DNA from: Octopus bimaculoides
Taxonomy: Eukaryota
NCBI RefSeq assembly: GCF_001194135.2
Contig: NC_068984.1
Location: 63,927,842-63,991,841 of the forward strand
Length of the DNA: 64,000 nt
Direction of reading: 5' to 3'
Every line of letters starts with the position of its first letter. The first letter of the stretch is position 1. Positions 38,973-52,561 of this stretch are shown here, in pieces. Below the pieces are notes generated by a model. The model did no database searches and was not told where the DNA came from. It saw only the letters and a list, made by a program, of their open reading frames with translations. The translations under genes were made by a program, and so were the position numbers.

Positions 38973-40460
38973 GTCAGTGAACAGTGAACAGATTTCATTT
39001 CATTTATAATTACTGCCCTATTTGACTTGAGATGATCCATACAATAAAATGGATGTGATTGGACTTTGTTTAAACATAATAATTGAAAGTGAGGTTACAG
39101 TCAACCGTGAGTGTTCTGGGGATTGAATCGTTTCCATTGGAATGTTATGAATCAAGCTGCTGTGGTTATTTAACACTACGTACAGAATTTGTTCATCAAC
39201 TTTTTCGTTGATTCAAACCATAACAGTAAGCAAAGACATTCACTCATAATTAAAAAGCATATTCTGGAACGATGAGTTAGGTTTGGCTGAAATAAAAATT
39301 TGTAGGAGCGTTGTGGTTTACAACACGAAAACGATACACTCGTTATGTCAGTTTTCTTCATGCAGAGTATTTATTCCATCCTCATTTTGGGTTATAGGTC
39401 CGTTTTTCGCTATTTAATAAAAACGATGTTACAACTGTTTATATCTTTGCATTATGATCATTCATACGGTGCTTGAGTTCACAGATCTGGTTTATTGCAG
39501 TGTGGTCTGGTTATTGGAGATTTGTTTAAAAGACAATGATCACTAACCCTTCCTCCTGGCCGACGAATAATGATTCATTGATTTTATCTGTGCACATTTG
39601 AAAGTGTAATGGAAATATATGACGTTGTTACATCCTTTTAATGATTTTGTTATTTTCTTTGTATATACATTATTCTGAAATGTAGGAATCATTCAAATCA
39701 CCTATATATATTATGGTGGTGGTGGTGGCGTCGGTATAAATATATAATCAAAGTTGATCTATTCACAGTTAGCTCGTCTTTTAGTGTTACTAGGAAAGTA
39801 TTATACAATATGACACATTTAAGATTGTAGTATAGTATTTAAGTTATATTTCGGTGCTATCTTCAGTTGCCTGAACGATCAATTATTGCATAGGCTCAGT
39901 GATATTACATTTTACATAAAAAATGTAATAATATAAATGTAATATACATGTTCATTTGGTGAAGAATAATATGATTAAAAGATTACTATTATGTTGTTAT
40001 TAGGTTACTTCAGGTCATAACTAATCGAATAGAGCTATGATCAAAATGTCCCCATTCCTCATCATAGTGTCTTTTTTTCTTTAGACTAGTCGTTTGGTCT
40101 ACAATAAACGATGAATATTTCCTTTTTACGATGGCATGGTTTTATTTAATAAGAGCAGCTATCACACTGGACCCTCCTTCGATTGATCTTAGTTGTTGGG
40201 TCGCACATATTGTTTGTTTTTATTGGAATCTCATTGGGCTACGAAGCAAAATACCAATACGTAGTACTGTCGATTTAGTGGACTGATAAGACTAATGTTC
40301 AGAAACTTGGAGTCTCTAAACTGGTGTCACTTAGCGGGATATCACTGTAGAGAGAGAATCGGTATGCTTCAGTGATGATTACTGATCTTCTTTGCATACT
40401 TACTGGTATCTACACCTTCGAGATATCATTCCGCTCTTCCTCGGTGTTCTCTACAAACAG

Positions 40461-40513
40461 AGGTGGAATCATATCGCTTTATGAGGCATACGAATGCTGC
40501 CATGTACTACAAT
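40461..40513 (+). CDS. Candidate exon: VESYRFMRHTNAAMYYN (alternative frame GGIISLYEAYECCHVLQ)
   Basis: Acceptor cttcctcggtgttctctacaaacag and donor AAT|gtaagc. Confidence 0.3.
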
Positions 40514-40558
40514 GTAAGCCCTTTACTTTCGGGCATATTACTAGACACGACAGACTGC

Positions 40559-40625
40559 AAAATCCCCGAAATACAAATAAAAATCCCCGAAATACAAATA
40601 AAATCCCCGAAATACAAATAAAAAT
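40559..40625. repeat. 20-21-bp tandem repeat x3 (aaatccccgaaatacaaataa)
   Basis: Read directly. Confidence 0.9.
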
Positions 40626-42826
40626 CGTTTCTAACTATCTGATTTCGTATCTTTCAAACTTTCTACAAATATCTCAATTCTAAATCCATTGATCATATAA
40701 CACATTTATACCATAATATACAAGCAATTCTGTGCATGTCTAAACATTATGCAAAAGTTTGTTCATGGCATTGCCATCAACTTTGGTATGAGATTATATA
40801 GGCTTAGAGTTATCTGGAGGAGCTATTTTTAATGCCGATAACATTATTAATTAATGCTGTTTCTTCTATTAATAAAGATCTATACATTTGTATGAAAAGA
40901 GTTAATATCTTTGTTTCCACATGCGCAAGTTTTAACTGAGATGCTACTTCGCTGAAAAACATCAAATTAAATGTATTCTCTTTATTCAATCAATTTGAAT
41001 GGAATACTCAACTGATGGCTATAGACTCATTGATCCACAATGACCTGCAGATATTTCGCTAAAGAATAGCGTATCACTTTAGTATGTGTCGCACTTGTGA
41101 AGAGAAGCATTTAATCGTTAGCTCTTCGAATATAGTGTTGACTTTTGTTTCTATGAACATTGTACTAATTAGATTTTAGAGAATTCCATTGTCTCTACTT
41201 TCGCTATTAATGTCACTATTGCTCTTTAAATCTCTTTGATTTCATAATCTCAATTACTGTTAATCCATTAAGTCCAATTAAATTATTTCCCCTTCACATA
41301 ACTCATTTGTTAAATGCCATGTTTCATCCAGTTTTCTTAAATCCCTACACTTCCGAATTAATTGCCAATGCATGTTTCTCACCAAAAGTGCTACATACAC
41401 ATGACAACAATAACTGTTTCAGTCATGTTGTGTAAACGATGATTCTATAAAGAAGGCCTCCAATTGTTATTAGTGTTATGCCCTGCAGGTACAACATACA
41501 AGAAAAAAATGTCCATTTAGTATCAGTTTTCACAGCTAATAACTGATCATATTCAAAAGGCTTGGAGCGACAAATTTCATTCAATTAAATGAATCGGATC
41601 TTTATGCATATGTTATTGTTAATGTAAATAAACTTCTACTGACATTCGTTGTTCTTTATTATATAGGAACATTTTAAATACAAATATGTCAGTAACTTGG
41701 AAAAATAAGCGTACTAATATATTTACCTTATAAAAGTTTCATATTCAAATCCAGTAGAAATCTACACATTCAACAATAGGGCATACAGTGACAGTAAGAA
41801 AATCAAACAAGTCGAAACATTTCCAAGAGAAGCAACAACGTACTTTGGCTCAAAATACTGAACAGTGAAGGGCAGCATAGCAAAATCCTCCTGAACAGTA
41901 ACGTGAATATATTTCAGAAGAAGATGAAGAGCGTTAAGTGCATCGACGAATTCTCAAAATCAACTAATAGTTGAAAATGGAATTAATTCTAAAAATACGG
42001 CAAAGAAGAATGTGGACTGTTGCAAAAGAATATGACATAGACTCAATGTTACAACTAGCTGTGGGTAAATGGATGTAAGCATCCTGAGGATATTCTACTT
42101 GTCATGAGTTTAGTACTTGCTATGAACAGTTTCATCCACATTCTACCAATTACTGATTTACCTGATGAAATTCATTAATGGAATACATTTGATATGCCAG
42201 AGGTAAAATACAGTTGCTACACTACACAAATTTCAATATGACATCTATTTTTCTGAAAATGAAAATACGTGTAAAATAATAAGCTTCTAGATCTTTCAAA
42301 GATTCCCTCCGTTTGAAATGAATTTATTTGATGTTAACATTTTAGACGGCTAAACAAAATAACAAAATAACATTTTAAACGGCTAAACAAAATAACAATC
42401 AAAATTTTAAAATATGAATATCAAATTTGTTTTAATGAAAATATATAATGATAATAATCCGCGCGATTCATTTCGGGATCATGGTAAGCAATTTAATATC
42501 CATTATTTTAGAGAAGAACCTATGCTGTGTTTATGCGTCCAAGATATGCAAGTTAAGTGTAACTGAAAAGTCTCATATCCTTTCTGGATCTAAGAATTCT
42601 AGCACACTGCTAAATGCCAGATCAGAAACTTTCAATAATGTAAACACATGGACAAGTTTCTTTTGGCGAATTCAAGGACCTCACCTTCTACTAATTGAGC
42701 AATTGTATTGCAGACTTTAGTCCCCTCTCCATTGATTCAACACTAACCAGTCCTATTAAGGTTTTATGGTGAAAGGTGACATACATCTAATTCTCTCCTT
42801 TCTCTTTTTCTTTTTCTTTTCTGCAG

Positions 42827-42901
42827 CCAACATCCTCTTGTCTTTTTCTCGTAATTTCTCTTCTACTATCGTCTTCAGCTCAATTGGTCGGCCAGAAAGA
42901 G
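42827..42901 (+). CDS. Candidate exon (75 nt): PTSSCLFLVISLLLSSSAQLVGQKE
   Basis: Very strong polypyrimidine acceptor (about 35 nt, ending ctgcag) and donor GAG|gtgcgt. The phase-1 frame is also open. Confidence 0.4.
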
Positions 42902-43361
42902 GTGCGTCTTTGAGGTCAAAATTTCCATTTTTTTAATATGGCATAATAATCACGAGCGGTTCTTTCAGATATAGCACCCTCTCTATACACAACACAAATG
43001 TCGCGAGCAGCTTTTGCGTCATTAGAACCTTGATTAAAAGCAAAAAGAAGGGTGTGTTGAAAATGCTCGTTTTTCGTAACTTGACATTCCATTTTAATGA
43101 TCTGAAAATAAACAAAAATTACCTAAAATTAACTAGTAAAAAAAAAAATAGATTTCAAAATGATTCAAAAATAGAATTTTGGAAAAAAATAGATTCTAAA
43201 ATTTAAAAACGCAATAAATTCCAAAATTAAAAAAAATGACAGGAACTTGCTTCCCAACCCAATACATATATATCTATATATATCTATCTNNNNNNNNNNN
43301 NNNNNNNNNNNNNNNNNNNNNNNNNNNNNNNNNNNNNNNNNNNNNNNNNNNNNNNNNNNNN

Positions 43362-43410
<49 letters not shown>

Positions 43411-43822
43411 TGCTTCAGAAAATAGCACTGATCGAGTTTATATATACATGTATTTGCGCGCGTACGTGCGTTTGAATGAGCGCATATATGTACCAATCAT
43501 TTATATTCTTTAAAAGAGCTAATACGGGTATACGGGCGTATCAAATATGTTCCATCCGCCATAGATAGCATGCTACGTTACATGAACTTGCACACTGCAT
43601 ACCTTTAATTTTGGCAAACTAAAAGTTGTCTCGAATAATCTAATATGAAAGATTAAGCGGAAACTGCGAATAACTGTGTATATTAAGCGCTTTTTTCCCC
43701 GCATGATATATCTGTGTCTATACAAAATTGGTAGACAGAATATATTGTGCGGGGAAAATATCCATATTTAACTGTTGTCTTCTGTACTTTTAGATAGAAG
43801 TAGTGGGATTTGTACCTGGTCT

Positions 43823-43918
43823 TACCCTACCTTGCCTTTCCTTGCCCTACCTTGCCCTTCCTTGCCCTACCTTGCCCTTCCTTGTCCTACCTTGCCCTTC
43901 CTTGTCCTACCTTTCCCC
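43823..43918. repeat. Pyrimidine-rich 5/10-bp tandem repeat (cttgccctac/cttgcccttc)
   Basis: Read directly. Confidence 0.9.
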
Positions 43919-45782
43919 TGACCCTGCTCTCAGCTTTGAAAAATGTTACCACCAGCCTTACTACTGGCCATGCAACCGCCGTTGCTTGAACTTATCCTCT
44001 TTGCCCGGATTTATTAGCACTTAAATGTAATGTATTCATACTTATTGACTATATTTTCGATACACCGTTTTCAAAATCTGATGACAATCTCCAGTATGGT
44101 TAGGAAAGTCGATTCTATCAGAATAAAACTAATAAAGAAATTAATTTAATTTGAGCTTCTTGAAAATATGATACAAAATATACAGAATCTAAGAATGTTT
44201 TACCATCAGCTGTATTACAAAGTAATTGTTGTCAAACACGAAGCTGAGTGTATTTATTTTTTCCAGTTAAATTATTTTTCTAATTTCTATGCAGTACTTG
44301 AATGTATACAATACACTTACGCTTTTCTGAGAGCTGAAAGGGAAAAATTTCAGAAACATTTACATATCCTAAGAATTTCTCAATAGAAATATTTGGTCCT
44401 TTCCAAAGTTCATGTACCGATATGTAGAACTCTACAATTTACTTTGCAGCACAAGCACATACATTCACTTGTTATTATATTACGCACTTTAATCTATTCA
44501 TGCTAGAAGCAATAAACTATTTTGTATAAGCTAATAGGCAGTATTTTAATAATCGAAGGTACTGAATATAAGACTGGTTTTGATTAGAGTTAAATCATTT
44601 ATATTCTTTAAATTTTCAATATATTGTTTAGACAAAATTAACGTTGTCTAAATTGACATCCTTTTCGAGCAAACTAACATTCTGACATCTATATCTTGTA
44701 TTTCATTCCAAGTCTAAATTGATTCTTATTTCGATGATTCTGTTATAATATTCATTTAGCGTTATACACTGTTAGTATGATTATTCTGACCACAATAAAC
44801 GACTGTTCACTTCAATACTGTGTAAGATTTTTATGAAATGAATTATAAAAGATATCTTGATGTTTACCAGAAAAAATATTATTGCGATATCAAAAAAAAC
44901 AAAAAAACTATTTACTTGATAAGAAGAGAAAGTGAAAACTTTACGTACATTGCATAACTGACAGAGGAAATATCAAAATACCTCCTTGTATGTATAATTT
45001 CATCACTTTCCGTCTCCTTATAACAAGTCTGAATGTCAATTTTGAGCTTAATTTTTTTTTATGAAATGATATATATGTCGTATCTTCATTCCTTGTATAA
45101 CTATTAGCACTGAAGTTACGTTTCAAATATAGCTCTATTGATCGTGGCTTTTAGCCAAATGAATTTCTTTCATTTTTTTTCTCTGATATCTTTTTCAATC
45201 ACCAGAGTATATTGATTTTAACAGGGTTTATTGTAATGCTAAAACAAAAATGGAATTTAATATCAAATTTGTCATCTAAAGCAAATCGGTTTTGTGTTAT
45301 AACAATGTTATTTTATAGACATGGGATACCTATCCTCCTCTAAATTCAATTCAGGTTGTGGTACTCATCATTCTCTGATTAGTATCAGTTTCTTGGAGTC
45401 AAGTATTTCAGTTTCTTAAATAAACTGTTTCTCAAAGTCAAAATAATATGAATTCATTTTGTTTTTCGTTTCAATATTAATACTTTGAATGTATGTAATA
45501 AATCGCATTCTTTTCCAGTATGCTACTATTTATTTTTCAATATCGAAGAGATGAAATTTGAACGGGTGTATGCCAGTGTCCAATTTCAAAATGTAACGAG
45601 CTGAAGCAAAATGTTTTCAAACATTTCTTCTGCTGCTGAAATATCTTTAATATTCCCCAACGTAGTAAAAGAAAGGATTTGACAGGTTTGAGTTTGACAG
45701 AAGCCATTCCAAATAATAGTTGCGAAGGAATGGTAAATATGAAAAGAGTATTGAACTTATTAAAAACTATTATAGAATAATC

Positions 45783-46984
45783 GAATCAGATGAAACGTAT
45801 ATACAAAAAATGTATTAAAATTAAATATATTTCATTTTAAACTTATTTTCTAAACTCAGAAGAATTAAACAAAATACTGAAATATTGCCCTTTGACAACG
45901 TAAGCTGTGGCATCACTTTGGCATGTATATTAAAATATTGCTTTCATTTCTGTTGGTACAAATATCGACGCCTTGAGTAGGGAAATATATGGCGTCGCAA
46001 TGGGCATCGAAACTAAAATTGATATTTGCAAAACTTTATTTTGTGAAATCGAACCTATTTATTCATACTATTATGTAAACTTTCTTACTACGTCAGTTTT
46101 CATTTGTACATGTACACACATGAAATCAGATGGCTTTTAATACTGAGCTGTTGTAAATAACATAGAGAATGACATCTCTACAACATATTTGCATACGAGT
46201 ACGCACTAGAAAATAAATAAACTAATAGGTGTTTTGCATGATAGCATTAGCTACTAATGCTATTCAAGTGCACCACAAATCAGGTTCTATCTTAGTTCCA
46301 AACACGTCATCGGATAAAACACCTGACGAACGACGGGAATAATTGAATCAGATGAAATGTATACTCAAATATATTAAAATTAAATATATTTCATTTTAAA
46401 TTTAATTTCTAAACTCGGAAGTATGGAACAAAATACCGTAAGTCTGTCTTTTGACAATTTAAGCTGCGCCATCACTATGACCTATATATTAAAATATTAT
46501 TGTTTTCATTTCTGTCGGCACAATGATCGACGCATTGGGTAGAGAAATATATGGCGTCGCAATGTGCAAATGCTCTGTAAGTTGTAAATGACATAAGCCA
46601 AGAAACGATGATTTGTTACATTACCTGCAAATAAGCAATTGTCTTCTCACGTTAGATTTACCATCGAAACTAAAATTGAACTTCACAAGAATTTGATATT
46701 TTGTGAAATTGAAACTTAATTCATATTATTTTTAAATGTTATTACCCCACTAGTCTTCATTTCCAGTGTACACACATGAAGTAAAATGTTTTTTTTAAAA
46801 CTAACTTGTTGAAGATAATATAGATAATGACATCCCTATTACATATTTGCGTACGAGTACACATTATAAAATAAATAAGCTAAGAGGTGTTTTTACATGA
46901 TAGCGTTAGCTACTAGAAGTAGTACCAGATCCTGTATTAGTTCCAAACACGACATCAGATAATACACCTGACGAACGACGGGAA
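45783..46984. repeat. Diverged tandem duplication (copy 1 45783-46339, copy 2 46345-46984)
   Basis: Both copies run gaatcagatgaaa...atatatggcgtcgcaatg...catcgaaactaaaattga...acacctgacgaacgacgggaa. Copy 2 has 97 nt where copy 1 has 2. Confidence 0.9.
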
Positions 46985-47641
46985 GAAATAATTAGAATTA
47001 TTTCCACAATATTTCTGTTACACCAGATTTGACCTGGAGGAAAGCAACGACACTTAAACAACAGACTCGTAATCTTTAACTTAATGTTATCTAAAATTTA
47101 TATTCTTTCTAGTAAAAATATTATTTTTCAGATCAATTTGTTCTTAGATATAATATATTATGCACTAACTGTAGCTTTCATGACTATTAATAGTTGGTAA
47201 TTCTCTCGGAATTAGAAGCTAAGTATTAGTATATACAGCTTATATGTAGTATATGGCGAAACACAAATAAATAGATGACTATATTTTCACAAGATTGATA
47301 TTTACAAAATTGTATTTATATGAGTTCATATATACAAATTTTAAATTTGAAATATGTTTTCATTTTACAATATTCATCAACAATAGATTTGCAAAAGATA
47401 GAATATGCGCATTGAGTGAATTAGATATTCTGGGAAACCTTTCCAATAATGCTTAAAAATGTGTATGTATGTATATCAATATTCAGTTTATTTCAAGATT
47501 TGTTGCCAACAGAGAAAGAACCGGTTTCTAACCTAAATTCAAGGTTCCTTCATTGGCATTTCAGTATCAACAAGAGTGTATTTTTGTATGTATGTACGTA
47601 TGTATGTATGTATGTATGTATGTATGTATGTATGTATGTAT

Positions 47642-47874
47642 GTGCAGATTGGTATGTTTTATGTATGTATTTTCATGCATATAGTTACATATCTAGACAT
47701 GCTCATACATATCTAAATGATAACCTTCTGGAAAGTCTTACAGATGTTTACAGTTCCATTGATGGATAGCATCTGTAGTCTTCGAATTAGCTTTCTCCTT
47801 TCTGATTTTGAGAAGGCTAATTTCTCAAGATTGGTATTTAGGCAGTGTATTACATATCTCAGGGCCCCAATAAT
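47642..47874 (-). mobile_element. 3' end of an RLE-type (R4-like) LINE embedded in (TACA)n
   Basis: Minus strand reads IIGALRYVIHCLNTNLEKLAFSKSERRKLIRRLQMLSINGTVNICKTFQKVII*, matching the RLE C-terminal PIVIGALG...LQ..... pattern, then a short UTR. (TATG)n lies on both flanks. Confidence 0.65.
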
Positions 47875-49511
47875 ATGTATGCACGTATGTATGTATGTAT
47901 GTATGCATGTATGTATGTACGTATGTATGTATGTTTGTATGTATGTACGTATGTATCTATGTATGTGTGTATGGCTGGATGGATGGCTGGTTATGCTTCC
48001 CCAGATGATGTCCATGCATCTCAAAATGCGACTTCGTCAATTTTTGTGACGAAATAATCTCTCCATATTTATATGGATTAACAGATTCCGTCACGTTGAG
48101 TGTGCTGTGATGTACCATGATTTTCACTGGGTAGACGAGGAAGTGTCTGCTGGGATATATGATAATGTGTAAACCAAATTTGTAATCTTTCACTGAGCGG
48201 CAATCTCTTTTGTAGCATTTGGAACGTTTTTATTGAAATTGAACGTTTGCAAGTTTTGATTCAGTTGTTGAAGTTACTGAGCATGAATGATCGTGAATTT
48301 CTCCTGACTATTCAGCACCTTCACATGAACTAGGTATTTTGTCTTCTGCTCCCATATTTGCTATATTGAGCCTACCACCGATATCAAAGTATCACCATAA
48401 AAACGTTGAAAACTCACGTCCAGGCCAAGTTAATGACCTGTTCCGATAGCTCCAACAGTCAGAAGCCCAGTGGGCCCTGCTTGTATTGCATCCCTAATCA
48501 ATTTTTGTCAAGTAGAGACTGATTTGTCTGCATAGGTCAACTGCTGTTCTTTTTCGTCGCGCTCGAGTTTGCTTTTAGGTACGAATTTTTTCTATGTGCA
48601 TCCGTGATCCGATGAATTCGTAAGCAGGCGCGTGATATTGCCTTCTTTATTTTTCGTCTTCAGTTTTTGATTTAATCTTTTTGCAGAAAGGTCGTCTCCG
48701 AGACACTGAGACTTGATGTATTGTGCATGTCCATTTATAGAATTATGGCAAAATAATATATTCTTTATGCAAGTGATGGCATTGAATATTCAACTACATA
48801 TCCTCGTAAAAATTATTGGTCAGCGTACCTCTTCTATCACACCATTTACGGCTACTTACAAAGTTGTAACTGAGGGCATTTCATTGATGGAGCATTACGA
48901 TATTTAAAATAAAACAATAAGAATGCCTAACACGTACACATTAATGTTAATTTAAGTATGGGTGTGTACATTCCAAAATTGTCAAATGTTTTGAATTCAT
49001 TCGACATCTAGTGCGGTACTACTGGAAAACCGTTATCAAACCTTAATAAAATGGCAGACTAAAACGAAATCATGCAGAAAATACTTGCTTCCAAAGAAAA
49101 TACTTGCGTCCTTTGCATGATAAATATAGAACTATATAAATATATTAGACTACTAAATAGTTATGTGTCAAAAGGAATAAGAAACGTGTGGCAAAAGCTA
49201 TTATCTTTGGGGATTTATGTCATATTGATTTTATACAGGATATGCAGAACATTCAGCACAAATATAATTTACTCACTAGATTCTAATTAGATTACTTTAG
49301 GTATTTAATTTGTCTTTCAAATGTTATCCCAGTTATTGAACTATGCTGTATTATGACAGTTTTTCAAAATAAATTAAATGAAAATTAATTATTCATAATC
49401 TACCACATTAGAGAGACATGTTTGAAACAAATTCGAAATGTTTTCAAGCTGAGAACTTCTTCCAGTTCTGTATTTAAGAGATGAGAAATTATGTACATTA
49501 TTTACATTTGA

Positions 49512-49735
49512 GGGATATTTGTCCTCATCTTATTTGTTGTTAACACAACGTTTCGGCTTATATACTCTCATTCCTAAGGTATTTTTCGATGTTATCATTA
49601 TTCCTGTCACTGCTTGGAATAATGGCTCCCATATGTTATTCATATCTGTATTCGGTCTGCTTAGGAGGTTGTTGTGTCCTAGCATATGTGCTGCTTCTTT
49701 CAGTTTTCGTATTTTGGTGTTCTCTGTCTATTGAT
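49512..49735 (-). mobile_element. Penelope-like element tail (GIY-YIG C-terminus plus pseudo-LTR fragment)
   Basis: Minus strand reads TENTKIRKLKEAAHMLGHNNLLSRPNTDMNNIWEPL, matching the E.N...RK.KEA..I......NR.......W.P pattern. The adjacent acaacgtttcggc is the CGAAAC half of a hammerhead. Confidence 0.7.
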
Positions 49736-51480
49736 TTAACTTCATCCCACAGGGGGAGGGGTAAATAATGTGAATGAGGACTTCTTATATAAAATTTTGG
49801 TGAAAATCTTCGTGCTAAAAATGCTACTAAATATGTTGCTAAAATGTGTTTTCATGCAGAAAAGATTACTTAAACTTTCTGCTATCTCTATTTTTTTTAG
49901 ATTCTGCGCGAATAATTAATATTTAGACTATTAGTATGATTGGTTTCACATATGGATATTCAAAATTAGCCACTATGAATGTTTACTCTGCTACAATAAA
50001 GTCAATGAAGCATATTTTCCTTTTATTTCGACAAATTTGTTGGGACAACTTCATGGTAAAATAAGTTGAAAGACTAAAAGCATTCCAGAATTCGCTGAAA
50101 ACTTCTCAAAATAGTTACTTCACTTCATCTTTATTTGGAACTCAACTTCAAATAAGATTAAAAACTGTATCCACTATTCCTGTTGATATTTTCAAAGAGT
50201 ATAGCCACACGTTTGTGAATCCGTTTGGAATATACGGCAAGATTAGTCTCGATACAGGTGAATCTTAGCCAACTCATAAGATGCAACAAATCGCACACAC
50301 TTATAGATGGAGACATTATCTCACTGATGATCTTTGACAACAGATCCTCAATTCAGCTCTGATCCAGCAAACATATGAGTAAATGAATGGAAGCCATGTC
50401 TATCATTATTTTTACATTTTCCACAAGGTGTTCATTTTCATTATTGAGTTGAGATAAATTTTAATAAGAAAATTAACATTTTACATACGCCCAAAAACTG
50501 ATCACTTCTCCTAAGTATCTCCAGCATGCCATTTGGTCTATTCAAGTTATTTTCCCTGGCTCATGTTTTCCAAGAAGGAAAATTATTTTGGCCAAAGCTT
50601 TTCTGAGTAATTTTTGTTTCTAAAACTCTTGAGGTCATTCGTAAATATGATTTCCTTATTACCATTAATATTCGGAATATAAAAATGAATAGGATCTAAA
50701 TTATTCTCATATTAAAAACTACTTTACATGACATTCTTCAGTGAAGGTTACGCCACCATTCCAAATTGCTACAATTATGGCACCTATGTAGCCACTAATT
50801 ATGAATGGCAACTTATTTCTTATCATATTTAAGATAAGCACTAGAATTTCGATTTATGTGAAAGTTATCGAGTATACGACATCCATGCTTGACAAAGATA
50901 AATAACTATTTCTCTTTCTGGTTAAATCCCCTAACTGAAGTGGGCATATAATTCCTCTCAGTGCCAATCATCATTATGAATCTAGTGATTTTCTAATGTT
51001 ACCTAATTCTGAGTATTAATCAACTCCAATAATAGATCTGCAGCCATTCTTTAATTCTGTAAGCTATAGATATTCGACATTTTAATTGTGAGGGTAAATG
51101 TTGAGAAATTATACATCATATGTTGCAAATTGCTTTTGACATAACTCAATTTAGAAAGTCATTTTGCTTCCATATTTAGTGCTTATCAGTTTCAGTGATA
51201 AAATAAATTAGTAGCACACGCAGATATTACTGCACTGTTTTACTGTATTATATCACATAATTAATGATGTTTTATTTACGTTGCTTCTGACATAGATCGA
51301 AAATAATAAGACATGACGGTTTAGGTTTTCGCTTCGTAAGTACGGAGTTCTGACTTTTAACGCAGTGTGTGGTACATTGTGCAAACTTGTCTTCAAGTAC
51401 CTGAACGATAAAAAACGCGTGAGAGTAATTTAGCAATTTACTAGAAAACTACCCAGGATCTCCTCATATTTATCTATCTA

Positions 51481-52485
51481 TCAGGCTGAGCAAAAAGTTA
51501 GCAACGTTTTAAAACATGAAATTCATCACAATATATTTCAACAATGCAGAAGTTTTATTCGTGAAAGTAAGTACCATTGCAATCAACTCATTTTTGCCAA
51601 CGAGTTACAAGTTTGTTTATTCGGTAATATAAAAATCTAGAGTTCTGGAGATGATGAACTCTTTGAACGCACTTTCAGTATCAGCTTGATTTGTGAACTC
51701 CATCTCTCACAGGAAACCATCAACGTGCTTGAAAAAGTGGTAGTCGGTAGGAGAAAGGTCTGGGAAATAAGCTGGGTGAAGAAGAACGTCGTAGCCATTT
51801 TCCCTCAACTTCTTGATCGTCATTAGTGGAACGTGTGGTCGAGCATTATCATGAAAAATTATTCGCCCTCGTCTATTGACCAGTCTGGGACGGAGGGGTA
51901 GCAGTTTTTCGTTCATTTTGGCAATTCCATGGCAATATGTTTCTGCAGTAATGGTTTTACCCGGGTTTTAAAAAGTTATAGTGGATGAGTCTAGCAGTAC
52001 ACCACCAAACATAACCTTCTTTTTGAAGAGCTCGGGCTTAGGGAAGATCTTCGATGCTTCATTTTGGTCCAACCACTGCGAAGAACGTTTTTTTATTATT
52101 GAACAGAATCTACTTTTCATTGCAAGTTACAATACGGTCGAAAAATGGATCAGTTTTGTTATGGAGCAGAGGCGACGAGCAAATTTCATATCTGCGCATT
52201 TTCAGATTTTCATTCCAATCGAGCCCTTTTGATTTTTCGATCGCATGTAAATGGTTGCAGTCAGTTTTCTAGCTAACTTCTTTTACTAGTTCTTTTACCA
52301 GTTCTATTTCAGATGATTGTAACAACGTTTAAAAAAAAATCAATGCTAATTTATTGATGAATTTGGGCAAATCTATGTCTGTATTATCAGAGAATTCCAA
52401 AAATTGTTTAAGAAATTTCAGAACTCTGCAAAAATCCGGTACAAATTCTTTATGGTTCAAAACGTTGCTTACTTTTTACTCAACC

Positions 52486-52488
<3 letters not shown>
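51481..52488 (-). mobile_element. Internally deleted mariner with 30-bp TIRs and TA duplication
   Basis: Left TIR tcaggctgagcaaaaagttagcaacgtttt (51481-51510); right TIR at 52459-52488 has 3 mismatches; TA on both sides. ORF 51707-51916 carries FHDNARPH and LLHPAYFPDLSPTDYHFF. Confidence 0.92.

Positions 52489-52561
<73 letters not shown>

Noticed and set aside
39032-39106. Open frame DDPYNKMDVIGLCLNIIIESEVTVN with a strong gtgagt donor, reminiscent of a channel S3 segment
   Set aside because: It needs a rare GAG acceptor and a 59-nt intron; not supportable without reads.
40559-40625. Three 20-21-bp direct repeats (also short repeats at 22585-22620 and 42340-42400)
   Set aside because: Contiguous tandem repeats with no spacers in eukaryotic DNA; not CRISPR, likely slippage.
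46312-46360. CTGACGA box at the end of each tandem-duplication copy, followed by GAAA (also at 46968-46995)
   Set aside because: No pairing stem II and no stem I complement, so it is not a hammerhead.
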